A stretch of 64,000 nucleotides of DNA from Methanomassiliicoccales archaeon. Its GTDB lineage: Archaea > Thermoplasmatota > Thermoplasmata > Methanomassiliicoccales > JAAEEP01. A program made the position numbers and the translations under genes. Position 1 is the stretch's first letter. The number at the start of each line of letters is the position of its first letter. Below, piece after piece: positions 42,314 to 53,039 of this stretch. A model generated the notes under the pieces. It made no database searches. It was not told where the DNA came from and saw only the letters and a list, made by a program, of their open reading frames with translations. The stretch covers positions 68,621 through 132,620 of the forward strand of contig JAAEEP010000001.1 of assembly GCA_013415695.1 (NCBI GenBank). The letters run 5' to 3'.

Positions 42314-43345
42314 ATGAAGGCGGCAATCCTCAGGGCACCCGGAGACATCGTTGTTGAGGACATAAAAGAGCCTGAACTTCCCAAGGAAGGGTTGATAATA
42401 AGAGTTGAAGCTTGCTCAATATGCGGAACTGATACCAAAATGTGGACGAATGGACATAGAGACCTCACGTACCCACGGGTGCTTGGTCACGAGTTCGTCG
42501 GGATAGTGGAGAGTATCTCTTCCGATGATTCCGTATTCGAGATCGGTGATAGTGTTCAGGTCTGGCCGGGAATTGCCTGTGGAAAATGTGAACCATGTCA
42601 AAGAGGACGTGACAACCAGTGCGTGCGTCAGCGAATTATCGGATATAATGTGGATGGCGGTTTCGCAGAGCTCGTTGCCCTACCAAAAGAGAATGTTAAA
42701 AGCGGGGGCGTCAATCTTATTCCAAAGGGTCTGAGCAAAATCGAGGCTACCTTGGCTGAACCCTTGGCCTGCTGCATCAATGGGCAGGATGCCTGCGGAT
42801 TGGGTCCTGGAGATGAAGTCCTGATCATCGGGGCTGGTCCAATAGGATTGCTCCATGCAATGCTGGCACGAATGCGAGGTGCGGAAACCGTAATACTTGC
42901 AGAACGGGAGAGAAACCGGGCAGTTTTGGCATTCAATGCCAAACCCGATCACGTAATTACGGGTGATCTCTCGAAGGAGGTGTCAGCCATCACCGATGGA
43001 AAGGGGGTCGACGTCCTCCTCGTCGCGACTCCTGGTGTTGTGGTCAACATGGACCTCATTGGCCTATTGAATTCTGGCGGAAGACTCAACGTATTCTCTG
43101 GTTTGCCCAAGTCAATTTCTACCGTTCCCATCGACCTTAACCATATCCACTACCGTGAGATCACAATCACCGGATCCTATGGCTGTCGGAGCAATGGGTG
43201 CAAACGGGCTCTAGAAATACTGGGTGAAAATGATTTCAATTGCGACTGGATATTCACCAAACGTGTGCCTCTAACCCAAATTGAGGATGGGTTGAGACAT
43301 TCACTCGAACGTGTCGGACTCAAAGCCGTGGTGACTGAATATTGA
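42314..43345 (+). CDS. zinc-dependent medium-chain dehydrogenase (threonine/sorbitol dehydrogenase-like)
   Basis: 343 aa with CSICGTDTKMW, GHEFVGIV, a structural-Zn Cys cluster CGKCEPC, and GAGPIGLL. Confidence 0.85.
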   Translation: MKAAILRAPGDIVVEDIKEPELPKEGLIIRVEACSICGTDTKMWTNGHRDLTYPRVLGHEFVGIVESISSDDSVFEIGDSVQVWPGIACGKCEPCQRGRDNQCVRQRIIGYNVDGGFAELVALPKENVKSGGVNLIPKGLSKIEATLAEPLACCINGQDACGLGPGDEVLIIGAGPIGLLHAMLARMRGAETVILAERERNRAVLAFNAKPDHVITGDLSKEVSAITDGKGVDVLLVATPGVVVNMDLIGLLNSGGRLNVFSGLPKSISTVPIDLNHIHYREITITGSYGCRSNGCKRALEILGENDFNCDWIFTKRVPLTQIEDGLRHSLERVGLKAVVTEY

Positions 43346-43355
43346 AGGTGATATT

Positions 43356-44468
43356 TTGGAGCAGAAACTCAAGCAATTCGGACTGAAAGTAGATGCGCTT
43401 CTGAAAGGAAAGGATCTCACAAGGGAGGAGACCACTGAGATGTTCAGGGAAGTTCTACTTGATGAACAGCCAGACCTCCAACAGGGTGCGTTCCTGGCGG
43501 CCATTACCGCCAAGATGATGACCCCTGAGGAATTGGCTGGTGCGTGGGAGGCCATTTACGAATATGATACAGTTAAGGTCAAACCCGAGGTAAACGGTCC
43601 GCTAGTGGACAATTGCGGCACTGGCATGGATACCCTTAAGACCTTCAACATTAGCACAGCTGCCTCGTTGATCGCCGCGGCCGACGGAGTATATCTGGCC
43701 AAGCATGGAGCAAGGGCAATAACATCCCGATGTGGAGTGGTGGACATCCTGGAGGAGCTAGGTGTCGATGTTGATTGCGATATGGAGATTGTCAAGAAGA
43801 GCATAGAATCGGCTGGAATTGGAATATTCAACGGCAATAGCCCGAAGGTGCATCCTACAGCGCTCTTCCGCATCCTGTCCAAGATCAGATTCGGAACCAT
43901 ATTGAATATGGCAGGATCGCTGGCAAACCCCGCGGCCCCTTCATATGGGGTGAGGGGAGTGTACTCGCCCGAATTGATCATTCCTGTTATCGAGACCATG
44001 AAGGAGATTGGTTACGAGAGGGCAATCGTTTTCCATGGATTGAACCACAATGGGGCCCTTGGCATGGACGAGGTGTCCATCCTGGGTCAAACGAAGGTGG
44101 CGGAGCTCTTACCCGATGGTGAGATCGAGTCCTACAACCTCTTTCCAGAAGATTTTGATATTGTGGACGCTCGTGAGGAGGAGTTGCTCTGCTCATTCGA
44201 GAGGTCGGAAGAAGCCTTTCATTTCATTAGGATACTCGGGGGGCATTCTAAAGGTTCGCGAAGGGACATCGTCTGCCTGAACACCGCTCCCATCCTATAT
44301 ATGATGGGAAAGTCAAAGAGCTGGGAGGATGGTTTCCAAAGGGCCAATGAGATTATAGACGGTGGTGTGGTGATCGATAAGCTCAAAGAATGGGTAAGGA
44401 CTCAGAACGCGGCTCCGGAAAAGGGAGAAGAGAAGCTGGAAAAATTGATCGACAGGGCAATAGAGTAG
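43356..44468 (+). CDS. anthranilate phosphoribosyltransferase-family (glycosyltransferase family 3) paralogue
   Basis: 370 aa. TTG start follows a GAAGGTGAT SD. CGTGMDTLKTFNISTAASLIAAADGVYLAKHG resembles the TrpD core but has GTGMD in place of GTGGD. Confidence 0.8.
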   Translation: MEQKLKQFGLKVDALLKGKDLTREETTEMFREVLLDEQPDLQQGAFLAAITAKMMTPEELAGAWEAIYEYDTVKVKPEVNGPLVDNCGTGMDTLKTFNISTAASLIAAADGVYLAKHGARAITSRCGVVDILEELGVDVDCDMEIVKKSIESAGIGIFNGNSPKVHPTALFRILSKIRFGTILNMAGSLANPAAPSYGVRGVYSPELIIPVIETMKEIGYERAIVFHGLNHNGALGMDEVSILGQTKVAELLPDGEIESYNLFPEDFDIVDAREEELLCSFERSEEAFHFIRILGGHSKGSRRDIVCLNTAPILYMMGKSKSWEDGFQRANEIIDGGVVIDKLKEWVRTQNAAPEKGEEKLEKLIDRAIE

Positions 44469-44617
44469 TCTGTACGATGGGGAATGTCCTCGTACCTCAT
44501 GATCTAAAATTCGATCCGGTTCATAAGATCGTTGGTTTTCAGATCTAAGGGTCTTTCCATTCAATCCGAGATCTTTGATCCTTTCTGAGCCTGAAAGAAG
44601 ACTCTTCCCGTTTATCC

Positions 44618-45838
44618 CTAAAGCTCGTACCAGGTATCCAGATCAGGAAGAATTACACTGCAATCGAGATCTGTTGCCAGGGATTCCCGATCCTCTCCGT
44701 GACAGAGTACCACATTCTCTGGATCACAAGCCCTAACGAAGTCGACAAGGGCATCGTGGTCGCAATGGGCTGAGAAGTCGAATCTATGCACCTCGCACTT
44801 GACCTTGATTTCTACTCCTCGGTCATAGATTACCCCGCGGTCCAGTAGCATTCGGCCGTTGGACCCTTCCGCCTGGAATCCAGTGATCAGCAGTGCGCTC
44901 TTGGGGTCATCCTTGATTGATTGGAGATAGCCCAGAACTGGCCCTCCATCCAACATGCCGCCAGTGGTCACTATGACATCTCCTTTTAGCGCCATTCCTC
45001 TCTGAGAAGGAGAACGGACCTCCTTGAATCGTCTCTTTGCCCGCCTCAGATCCTTCTCATTCCTAAGATACTCTGGATGGTCCAGATAAAGCCTGTTGAC
45101 GGTCTTACCCATCCCATCTACCCACATATCGTATTTCAGCTCCTTGAGGATCAGCATCATCTCCTGTGTCCTGCCGACGGCGAAACACGCAATCACAGCC
45201 TTGCCGCCACGTTCGACAACCTCCTTCACTTTCTCAAGGAACAGGTATTCGGTCTTGAGTCGATCCGGCTGGCTCCTACCTGCGTAGGTTGATTCCATTA
45301 TGAGGTTATCGCATCGAACGGGATGCGCTCCCCAGACTAGACGGGTGTTGATGGTGTTCAGGTCACCGGTGAAAAGTGTGGTCTCATCGCCACGCATCTC
45401 GTACATGGTGGCACCTGGTACGTGTCCAGCGCTGTGGAGCTCGACCTCCAACCCCGCAACATCGATGGTCTCACCAAAATCCATGGGAATGAAGTTCCTC
45501 ATGGTGGTCCGAATATCATGGGGGTCAAAGGGCTTGGGAAACCCCTCAAGATCTGCTACCTTCAAGCTGTCCTCGAGGAGAAGCCTTGTGATTGATATTG
45601 TGCAAGGCGTTGCCACAATCTCGGTATCGTACTTCCTGCACAGCCACGGTATCATCCCACTGTGATCGAGGTGCGAATGAGTGAGGAAACCAAAATCGAC
45701 GGGGGGGGCAGGGATGGGATAAGTGGGCGGTTTGGCCACATTCATACCATATTCAAAGATCAGGCTGGCACCCCTGTTCTCTATCAGCAGACCCATCCTG
45801 CCCACTATGTCGGCTCCGCCAAGGAACTTGAATCTCAT
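44618..45838 (-). CDS. beta-CASP metallo-beta-lactamase ribonuclease (aCPSF2-like, no KH domains)
   Basis: 406 aa with HSHLDHSG, beta-CASP motifs, and a C-terminal HGE. Confidence 0.85.
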   Translation of the reverse strand: MRFKFLGGADIVGRMGLLIENRGASLIFEYGMNVAKPPTYPIPAPPVDFGFLTHSHLDHSGMIPWLCRKYDTEIVATPCTISITRLLLEDSLKVADLEGFPKPFDPHDIRTTMRNFIPMDFGETIDVAGLEVELHSAGHVPGATMYEMRGDETTLFTGDLNTINTRLVWGAHPVRCDNLIMESTYAGRSQPDRLKTEYLFLEKVKEVVERGGKAVIACFAVGRTQEMMLILKELKYDMWVDGMGKTVNRLYLDHPEYLRNEKDLRRAKRRFKEVRSPSQRGMALKGDVIVTTGGMLDGGPVLGYLQSIKDDPKSALLITGFQAEGSNGRMLLDRGVIYDRGVEIKVKCEVHRFDFSAHCDHDALVDFVRACDPENVVLCHGEDRESLATDLDCSVILPDLDTWYEL

Positions 45839-45851
45839 AATGAATACCTCT

Positions 45852-46271
45852 CTATTCCCCCATGACTTGAACGATCACGCGTCTTGTCCTTGATCTCACA
45901 TCCAGCTCTATCAGGACCACTTGCTGCCATGTCCCAAGGTCAGCGACTCCATGCTGAAAGGGTATTGTCAACGATGGTGAGAGGAATGATGCTCGTATAT
46001 GCGAGTGGCCGTTTCCATCACCCCATCGACGATGGTGATCGTACTCGATCTCCTTTGGTATCAAACGCTCGAGTGCATCTCTCAGGTCTGATTCCAAACC
46101 GGGTTCGAACTCTATGGTCACAATTGCCGCGGTTGAGCCGGGAACGAAGGCGCAGGCCAGACCATCAGAGATATCAGATTCGGAAATTGCATCTCTGACC
46201 CCATCGGAGATGTCAACTATGTCTCCCTCTCCTTGGGTTCTTACCTCTAGCACCTTCCTGTATGTGCTCAT
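45852..46271 (-). CDS. yjbQ: YjbQ/UPF0047 family protein (secondary thiamine-phosphate synthase-like)
   Basis: The internal ATG at 46271 gives 139 aa (typical length). TATA (TTTATAT on the minus strand) is centred about 28 nt upstream. NGHSHIRASFL motif. Confidence 0.85.
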   Translation of the reverse strand: MSTYRKVLEVRTQGEGDIVDISDGVRDAISESDISDGLACAFVPGSTAAIVTIEFEPGLESDLRDALERLIPKEIEYDHHRRWGDGNGHSHIRASFLSPSLTIPFQHGVADLGTWQQVVLIELDVRSRTRRVIVQVMGE

Positions 46272-46432
46272 GATATTTCCGCTACCCTGAAGTGCATATA
46301 AACCTTTTGTGGTTTCGAATCGGAAGCCCATCGGTGGTATTCGCACTCTTTTTTGATTTTTAGTCCTTTTTCCTTCTTCGCTTATTACCGTCTTTCGAAA
46401 ATAGTTAATATTTCGGAATAAAATTATCATTT

Positions 46433-46798
46433 GTGTCTGAGTTTGGAAAGGGGGGCAATTTCTCCCTTAGAAATGAAAGTAGGCGCATTCAAAAAGTATG
46501 GCTCAATTCTTCATTTAGGGTCCCCCTTATTAAGAAGGGAATAGAGAAGGCAGGGAGCATTAACAAACTCGGACGTGTTCTGGGTTATCGCAGCAGAGTC
46601 CACCCTGGTTGGAGCATAAGGCAGATACTCTTAGGCAAGCAAGCATTTCCTTTAGAACGCCTCAAGAAGCTGTCAGAATTCCTCGATTATCCCATTGATG
46701 ATATCATGCGGCACCTGTCGGAACCGAGGCATATCACCCCAGAAAGCACTCGCCGGGCACTTCAAGAATGTGGCCTTCATTATTATCTTCCCAGGTGA
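46433..46798 (+). CDS. hypothetical HTH-like protein
   Basis: 121-aa ORF with a GTG start. Possible XRE-like HTH (SINKLGRVLGYRSRVHPGWSIRQILLG). Weak evidence. Confidence 0.45.
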   Translation: MSEFGKGGNFSLRNESRRIQKVWLNSSFRVPLIKKGIEKAGSINKLGRVLGYRSRVHPGWSIRQILLGKQAFPLERLKKLSEFLDYPIDDIMRHLSEPRHITPESTRRALQECGLHYYLPR

Positions 46799-46956
46799 TC
46801 GTCGGACACATAATGTGCATACGTCTGCCAAGAAAGTCGCCTTTCAATTAATCTAAAATCGAAGCAAGATTTTCCCGCCAGCAACCTGAATCAGAAAAGT
46901 TATTTATAGTATCAAAAAGATAAACAGAATGTCGGACGTTATGTCCGACCGAAGGG

Positions 46957-47976
46957 ATGGGAGTGTTATTCAGACGCAAGCGTCAAGAACAGGATGAGGC
47001 CACCTATTCACTCATCCACAGAGGAGTCTACCGAGTGCCCGACTTCTACGAAGACGACGAGGGCAAGAGGTTCAAGGGTGCGAAGGTGGCCTATAGTTTC
47101 TGGAGCGCCGTTAGATACACTTTCTTCCTTTCATTGCTGCTCTGGTGGTTGCCCATCTTCGGGCAAATGATCGCCGGATATGTTGGAGGAAGAAGAGCGG
47201 GCACGCCCTGGAAGGGAGTGGCTGCAGCACTGATTCCAGTCACGGTATTCTTCGTCGTCATGATGGCAATGGATATGGGTTATCTACCCACTGAGTTCTT
47301 CGGGATCAGTCTTTCACCTGCTGCCCTGCTTGGGTCAATCGCCGCCGAAATTCCTCTAATAGAGCCGTTCCTGAACTTCAGCGTCATGTACCTCGATTCG
47401 TTCCTGGATGCGATCCAGGCAACTACTTCTCTTCGTTTGGACAGCTATATCATCACTATCGCTTTCGCATACATTGGTGGGATTCTTTCCGAGCAGACCA
47501 GGAGGGAGATGGATTATGTTTCTAAGACCGGTGGTCCAAAGACCACTGTCGTAGTTGAAGGCACACACACCTCCCCCCAGGAAGTCGCCTCTTCCATACC
47601 CTCCTGGTCAGCTCATTTGCTTCAGCCTAGGAGGAGAACCACCGCCCCCATGAGTTTCGAGGAAATGACCCCCCTCGGTGCCAGGGCCTATGCGGATTAT
47701 CTACCAGAGCAGACTATCCAGCCTACCCGACGTGCAATCCACCGGGAGGAAGGGGTAGGCGACATCGACCCCCAGGAACTGAAGCTACTTCAAGCTAGGA
47801 ATCAAAGCATGATCAAGAACCAGAAGAAAGTGGAGAGGAAGGTACACGGTAAGAACAAAAGCGTACCCTTCGTCAAGAAGGGGAGCAGGAAACGCCTGGT
47901 CAAAACTGGGCAATCAGAGATACCGAAAGCTCCTGAGGAGCAGCTTCAGCGCAATGGAGACTGGGAGTTCATCTGA
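46957..47976 (+). CDS. hypothetical membrane protein with basic disordered C-terminal tail
   Basis: 339 aa. About 4 TM helices in the N-terminal 190 aa, and a K/R/Q-rich tail. Confidence 0.6.
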   Translation: MGVLFRRKRQEQDEATYSLIHRGVYRVPDFYEDDEGKRFKGAKVAYSFWSAVRYTFFLSLLLWWLPIFGQMIAGYVGGRRAGTPWKGVAAALIPVTVFFVVMMAMDMGYLPTEFFGISLSPAALLGSIAAEIPLIEPFLNFSVMYLDSFLDAIQATTSLRLDSYIITIAFAYIGGILSEQTRREMDYVSKTGGPKTTVVVEGTHTSPQEVASSIPSWSAHLLQPRRRTTAPMSFEEMTPLGARAYADYLPEQTIQPTRRAIHREEGVGDIDPQELKLLQARNQSMIKNQKKVERKVHGKNKSVPFVKKGSRKRLVKTGQSEIPKAPEEQLQRNGDWEFI

Positions 47977-48117
47977 GCTCTTTTTCCTCCCACAAGTCCA
48001 CAGTCACCTCTCCACACCACATCACTTTTTATGATGGCCAGATGATGAATTGTAGAAAGTTTAACTCAGAAGAGTTTTTATAGAATCATAGATTAACCCG
48101 AAATTGGCGATAATGAT

Positions 48118-48417
48118 ATGTTCTGTCCAGAATGTGGTTCGTTGATGTTCCCGAGAGAGGGGTTTTTCAAGTGCAGCCGATGTGATTGTGAGAAGGAGAC
48201 CAATGGGACTTCACAAACATTCAAGACCAAGACCCGGGAAAGAGAAATCGCCGTAATCGATTCCAATGCCCCTACACTCCCTAAGACGCGTGTGGAATGT
48301 CCCAAATGTGGCCACTATGAGGCGTTTTGGGTACTGAGGCAGACACGAGCAGCGGACGAGCCAGAGACCCGGATATACCGATGCACCGAGTGCGGCCATT
48401 CCTGGCGTGAATACTAA
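48118..48417 (+). CDS. tfs: transcription factor S (TFIIS/RpoM-type)
   Basis: 99 aa. N-terminal CPECG...CSRC ribbon and a C-terminal TFIIS ribbon with the acidic loop RAADEP. Confidence 0.9.
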   Translation: MFCPECGSLMFPREGFFKCSRCDCEKETNGTSQTFKTKTREREIAVIDSNAPTLPKTRVECPKCGHYEAFWVLRQTRAADEPETRIYRCTECGHSWREY

Positions 48418-48482
48418 TTCCAGCAATCGAACCTGAGCAAGGTTTAATTAGAGATATTTCATTTAGGAGCAGGGGTTATTTA

Positions 48483-49220
48483 ATGTTCCACGCCAAGGTC
48501 AGGTCTGAGACTCTCAAAGGTATCGTCGACATCGTTTCGACTCTGGTTGACGAGGCCAAGTTCAACATCAACTCTGAAGGATTCTCTCTAAAGGCTGTTG
48601 ATCCAGCTCATGTTGCCATGGTTGATCTTGAGGTCGAGAAGGGCGCATTCGAGGAGTTCGTGGCGGATGATACCGAGTTGGGTATTGACCTGGACAAGAT
48701 CAAAGAGGTCCTAAGACTGGCAAAGTCTGGGGATATCATAGATATGGAACAGGATGAGGAGCGAAATCGCCTGATTATGAACGTGGGCAACGTCAGCAGG
48801 AGGATGAACCTAGTCGATACTACTGGAATGTCCGACCCAAAGGTACCCAACCTCGATCTTCCCACAAAGTTGTCAGTTAGTGCTGAGGAGCTTCAGAAGG
48901 GTATCAGGGCAGCGGAGAGCGTTTCTGACCATATCGCTATGAATGCTAACGCAGAGGGTTTCGAATTATACTCTGAAGGAGATACGGACACCGTCAGTCT
49001 GAAACTTGACAAGGACTCATTGGTCTCTCTGCAAAGCGAGGAGAGCGTGCGGAGCTTGTTCCCACTGGATTACTTCTCCAATATGATAAGGGCGATCTCT
49101 GCGGGTACAGTCGTCCAAATAAGCCTAGGTAATGACTACCCTGTGAAGATGGAGTTCAATGTTGCTGGCGACAAGGGCCGTGTTAGCTACCTCCTTGCTC
49201 CAAGGATTGAGAGCGAATAG
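48483..49220 (+). CDS. pcn: DNA polymerase sliding clamp PCNA
   Basis: 245 aa with two-domain PCNA sequence (FHAKVRSETLKGIVDIVSTLVDEAKF...YLLAPRIE). Confidence 0.9.
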   Translation: MFHAKVRSETLKGIVDIVSTLVDEAKFNINSEGFSLKAVDPAHVAMVDLEVEKGAFEEFVADDTELGIDLDKIKEVLRLAKSGDIIDMEQDEERNRLIMNVGNVSRRMNLVDTTGMSDPKVPNLDLPTKLSVSAEELQKGIRAAESVSDHIAMNANAEGFELYSEGDTDTVSLKLDKDSLVSLQSEESVRSLFPLDYFSNMIRAISAGTVVQISLGNDYPVKMEFNVAGDKGRVSYLLAPRIESE

Positions 49221-49354
49221 AGAATTCCGAAGAATGTAATGCGCCATGTCCATCGGCCAATATTGCGGTCCTAAATTCCCACAATTACAAAAGCTTTTAA
49301 TGCATTCGCCCATTACTGCTCGAACTCCACATCCGCAGAACGAGGTGGCCCGTA

Positions 49355-50188
49355 GTGGTTGAATACACTGACTATGAGATTCTAGAGCTGGAGAAGAAGG
49401 CCAAGGTCATCAGGAAACATGTGCTGAAGATGACTCATGCTGCAGGCTCCGGACATCCTGGTGGTTCGCTTTCATACGCGGACATAATAACCGCGCTATA
49501 CTTCAAGATCATGAATCACCGTCCAGAGGAACCTTATTGGGATGGCCGAGACCGCCTAGTTCTCTCCAAGGGTCATGCCGCCCCCACATATTACGCGGCT
49601 TTGGCTGAGAGCGGATACTTCCCAGTCGGGGAACTCCTGACACTGAGGAAACTAGGCAGCAGGCTTCAGGGCCACCCTTCAAGATCCAAGACCCCTGGGG
49701 TCGAGATGTCCACGGGTTCCCTCGGCCAAGGCCTGAGCGTGGCGAACGGAATGGCGCTAGCTGCGAAGTTGGATGGAAAACCGCACCATATATACTGCCT
49801 CTGCGGCGATGGGGAAATGGAGAGCGGCCAGATATGGGAGGCAGCGATGCTTGGGTCCCATTACAGACTGGATAATGTCACTGCATTCATAGACAAGAAC
49901 GGTCTCCAGATCGATGGGGCTACAGAGAAGGTGATGTGTTCCGAGCCACTTTATGATAAGTGGAAGGCTTTTGGCTGGAATGTCATAGAAATAGATGGCC
50001 ACTCCATGAGAGAGATCCTAACTTCTTGTGAGAGAGCGAAACAGGTGAAGGGGAAACCCACAATGATCATAGCCACCACGGTCAAGGGCAAGGGTGTTTC
50101 CTTCATGGAGGGATGCCTGAGATTCCATGGCACTCCTCCAAGCGACGAGGAGCTAGAAATCGCTCTGAACGAACTGGAGGAATCTTAG
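49355..50188 (+). CDS. tkt: transketolase, N-terminal subunit
   Basis: 277 aa. GTG start after a GAGGTGG SD. GHPGGSLS and the ThDP-binding GDGEMESG. Confidence 0.9.
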   Translation: MVEYTDYEILELEKKAKVIRKHVLKMTHAAGSGHPGGSLSYADIITALYFKIMNHRPEEPYWDGRDRLVLSKGHAAPTYYAALAESGYFPVGELLTLRKLGSRLQGHPSRSKTPGVEMSTGSLGQGLSVANGMALAAKLDGKPHHIYCLCGDGEMESGQIWEAAMLGSHYRLDNVTAFIDKNGLQIDGATEKVMCSEPLYDKWKAFGWNVIEIDGHSMREILTSCERAKQVKGKPTMIIATTVKGKGVSFMEGCLRFHGTPPSDEELEIALNELEES

Positions 50189-51129
50189 TGAGATTTGAGT
50201 ACGCGGCACAGAGAAAGGAGTACGCCCGGGCTCTTATCGACCTTGGTAGGGAGAGGGAGGATATCGTTGTTCTTGACGCAGATCTTTCCACTTCTACCCA
50301 GACCTCTAAGTTCGGCGAGGTCTTTCCTGAAAGGTTCTTCAACTGCGGGATAGCAGAACAGAACATGATGGGGACTGCGGCAGGACTTTCAGCGAGCGGT
50401 AAGACCGTGTTTGCATCCACTTTCGCGGTATTCGCTACGGGCAGATGCTGGGATCAGATAAGGCAGTCCATTGCGTATCCCAAGTTCAATGTGAAGATTG
50501 TAGCCTCGCACGCCGGTGTGACAGTAGGTGGTGATGGAGCCTCTCATCAGATTGCCGAGGACATCGCCCTGATGCGCACGCTTCCAAACATGACCGTTGT
50601 GGTCCCGGCAGATGCAAACGAGACCTATAAGGCCGTTAGAGCGGTTGCCGATTGGCCTGGTCCTTGTTACGTCCGCCTGGGAAGGGTCGACTTTCCGGTG
50701 ATCACCTCTAAGGAGGAACCTTTTGAGATTGGTAAGGCAACGATCATGAGGGAAGGAGAAGATGTGAGCCTGGTTGCCACTGGACAGATGGTAGCGGTGT
50801 GCTTGGAAGCTGCTGAGATCCTTCAATCAGAGGAGATCTCAGCTGAGATCGTCAATATGTCAACTATAAAGCCCCTCGACGAACGAGTACTGGCCAGATC
50901 GGCGAGATTGACAGGGGCCATCGTTACAGTGGAAGAGCACAACTACCTGACGGGATTGGGAAGTGCTGTAGCTTGCTACCTTGTCGAGAATGAAAATGTG
51001 CCCATGAGGCGGGTAGGCTTTCCCGACCTATTTGGCGAGTCGGGGGAAAGCGATGAACTCATGCAAAAGTATGGCTTGACCAAGGAAAAGGTCGTTGCCG
51101 CCGCCAAAGAAGTTATCCGGAGGAGATGA
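50188..51129 (+). CDS. tkt: transketolase, C-terminal subunit
   Basis: GTG at 50188 overlaps the upstream stop by 1 nt. Pyrimidine-binding and C-terminal domains (FNCGIAEQNM). Confidence 0.9.
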   Translation: MRFEYAAQRKEYARALIDLGREREDIVVLDADLSTSTQTSKFGEVFPERFFNCGIAEQNMMGTAAGLSASGKTVFASTFAVFATGRCWDQIRQSIAYPKFNVKIVASHAGVTVGGDGASHQIAEDIALMRTLPNMTVVVPADANETYKAVRAVADWPGPCYVRLGRVDFPVITSKEEPFEIGKATIMREGEDVSLVATGQMVAVCLEAAEILQSEEISAEIVNMSTIKPLDERVLARSARLTGAIVTVEEHNYLTGLGSAVACYLVENENVPMRRVGFPDLFGESGESDELMQKYGLTKEKVVAAAKEVIRRR

Positions 51130-51132
51130 CGG

Positions 51133-51780
51133 ATGAAGATATTCATCGACACCGCCAACATCGACCAGATTAGAGAGGTCAACAGCTGGGGTATACTGGA
51201 TGGTGTGACCACAAACCCCACCCTTGTCTCAAGGGAGAACAAGGACTTCAAGACCCTTGTGAAGGAGATATGCGAGATTGTGGATGGACCCATCAGTGCG
51301 GAGGCTATGAGCCTGGATGCTGATGGGATAATCAAAGAAGGTAGGGAACTTTCTAAAATACATCCGAATATCAACATCAAGGTTCCCATGACAGAAGCGG
51401 GCATCAAAGCGACAAAAGTATTGTCCAGCGAGGGGATCGATGTCAACGTGACACTGATATTCTCACCCGCTCAGGCACTGCTGGCATGCAAGGCAGGTGC
51501 TCGCTTTGTCTCACCTTTCGTAGGGAGATTGGATGACATAGGGCATTACGGCATGGACGTGGTGGAGGAGACGCTTGATATGCTCTGGAACTACGACTTC
51601 GAAACGGAGATCATAGTGGCGAGCGTGAGACATCCGACACACGTTCTGGAGGCGGCAAGGATGGGGGCCCATATAGCGACCATTCCCTACGCCGTACTGA
51701 AGAAGATGTTCAAACATCCACTCACAGATATCGGTATCGAAAGGTTTCTCAAGGACTGGGAGAAGGTTGAGAAACGCTGA
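51133..51780 (+). CDS. tal: transaldolase / fructose-6-phosphate aldolase family (short type)
   Basis: 215 aa with [15 protein letters not shown] and the Schiff-base region INIKVPMT. Confidence 0.9.
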   Translation: MKIFIDTANIDQIREVNSWGILDGVTTNPTLVSRENKDFKTLVKEICEIVDGPISAEAMSLDADGIIKEGRELSKIHPNINIKVPMTEAGIKATKVLSSEGIDVNVTLIFSPAQALLACKAGARFVSPFVGRLDDIGHYGMDVVEETLDMLWNYDFETEIIVASVRHPTHVLEAARMGAHIATIPYAVLKKMFKHPLTDIGIERFLKDWEKVEKR

Positions 51781-51818
51781 TCCTGCTCAAGCATCTGAAA
51801 AGATCGTTGATTCATAGC

Positions 51819-53039
51819 TCAGCCATTTGCCATGGAGAAGTGGGTTGGTGGAATCTTCATCTCGAACCTGACGCCCGACCCTTCCTGTCCTGACTCCCGA
51901 ATTTCAATATCGTTTATTTTAAGGATTTCCCTGGAAAGGAAAAGACCCTGTCCGGTATTCTCTCCGAAACCATACTCGAATATTCGTTCCTTGTTCCTTG
52001 CCGGAATTCCCCTGCCGTCATCCTCGTAGATCAAAAATAGATTTCCATCATCTTCGGTCATATGAATCCTGATCTCACTCACCGTACCACCGTGTTCCAG
52101 GCTGTTGTGAAGGAGATTATAGAAGACTTTCTCCATCAGTGGATCGACGAACATATCTAAACCATCTAGGTCCACATTCATTCTCACGCGGCCCATATCC
52201 AGCTTTGAAACAGCCAAGTAGACGATATCCGAGGCCCTGGTCCACGCTGGCATCTCTGTTCCCATGTTCTCGTAATCTCTCTGGAATTCCAGAAGTCTGT
52301 TGACCCTTTCGACGGCATCTTTTAGCTTTCTCAAGTAGCCAGTGATTCTCTCATCTTCGATCAGTCCCTCTATGATGCCCTCATATCCAACAATTATCAT
52401 GAGCTGGTTAAGAATGTCATGCCGCGTGGCGCTACCAAGTAGATTCAGTTTCCTATTGGCCATCTCAAGGGCCTTCTTGGTCGCGTTTCTCTCGCTGCTG
52501 TCTTTTATGGAATCGGGTAGATCCTTTCTTTGACAGGTCTTCATGGCGATTATTACTATGTTACCGAAATTGATGGCCATCTCTGCATCTTCATCGGTGA
52601 AACCTCCTGGCTTATCAAGTAAAGTCATGACACCTTTTCGCTCACCTTCAAACACGAGAGGGATGAAGAGAAGGTTCTCGAACGGAAGATTCTCAAGGGA
52701 TGAATGATCAAGAGTAGATGAGTCTGAGAGGTCGTTGCAGTAACTGGCAATGCCGTGTCGATACTCCTTCCCAATTAGCCCTTGGATAACCATTAGGATC
52801 TTATCCACATCCAATATGGCGAATTTCTCAAGATCCTGATAGACAGTTTCGTGGTCGTGTCCATCTCTATCAAATAGGGCGATGTATCCACCACCCACAC
52901 CAATGAATGACTTGCAGGAATCAAAGATCTTTGCGACAAACACATCAAACTCCTGAGGCTCCAGTAGTGAGCGGATAAGAAGGGAAAGGACATCTGTTCC
53001 ATCATCCCTCATCGGCAATTCAACATTGTCTTCATTCAC
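51819..53039 (-). CDS. cytoplasmic GAF-domain sensor histidine kinase
   Basis: 406 aa. A GAF-like N-terminal half, the H-box SATRHDILNQL, and HATPase motifs (DDGRGIP, GFGENTGQGLFL). No TM helix. No response regulator nearby. Confidence 0.85.
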   Translation of the reverse strand: MNEDNVELPMRDDGTDVLSLLIRSLLEPQEFDVFVAKIFDSCKSFIGVGGGYIALFDRDGHDHETVYQDLEKFAILDVDKILMVIQGLIGKEYRHGIASYCNDLSDSSTLDHSSLENLPFENLLFIPLVFEGERKGVMTLLDKPGGFTDEDAEMAINFGNIVIIAMKTCQRKDLPDSIKDSSERNATKKALEMANRKLNLLGSATRHDILNQLMIIVGYEGIIEGLIEDERITGYLRKLKDAVERVNRLLEFQRDYENMGTEMPAWTRASDIVYLAVSKLDMGRVRMNVDLDGLDMFVDPLMEKVFYNLLHNSLEHGGTVSEIRIHMTEDDGNLFLIYEDDGRGIPARNKERIFEYGFGENTGQGLFLSREILKINDIEIRESGQEGSGVRFEMKIPPTHFSMANG

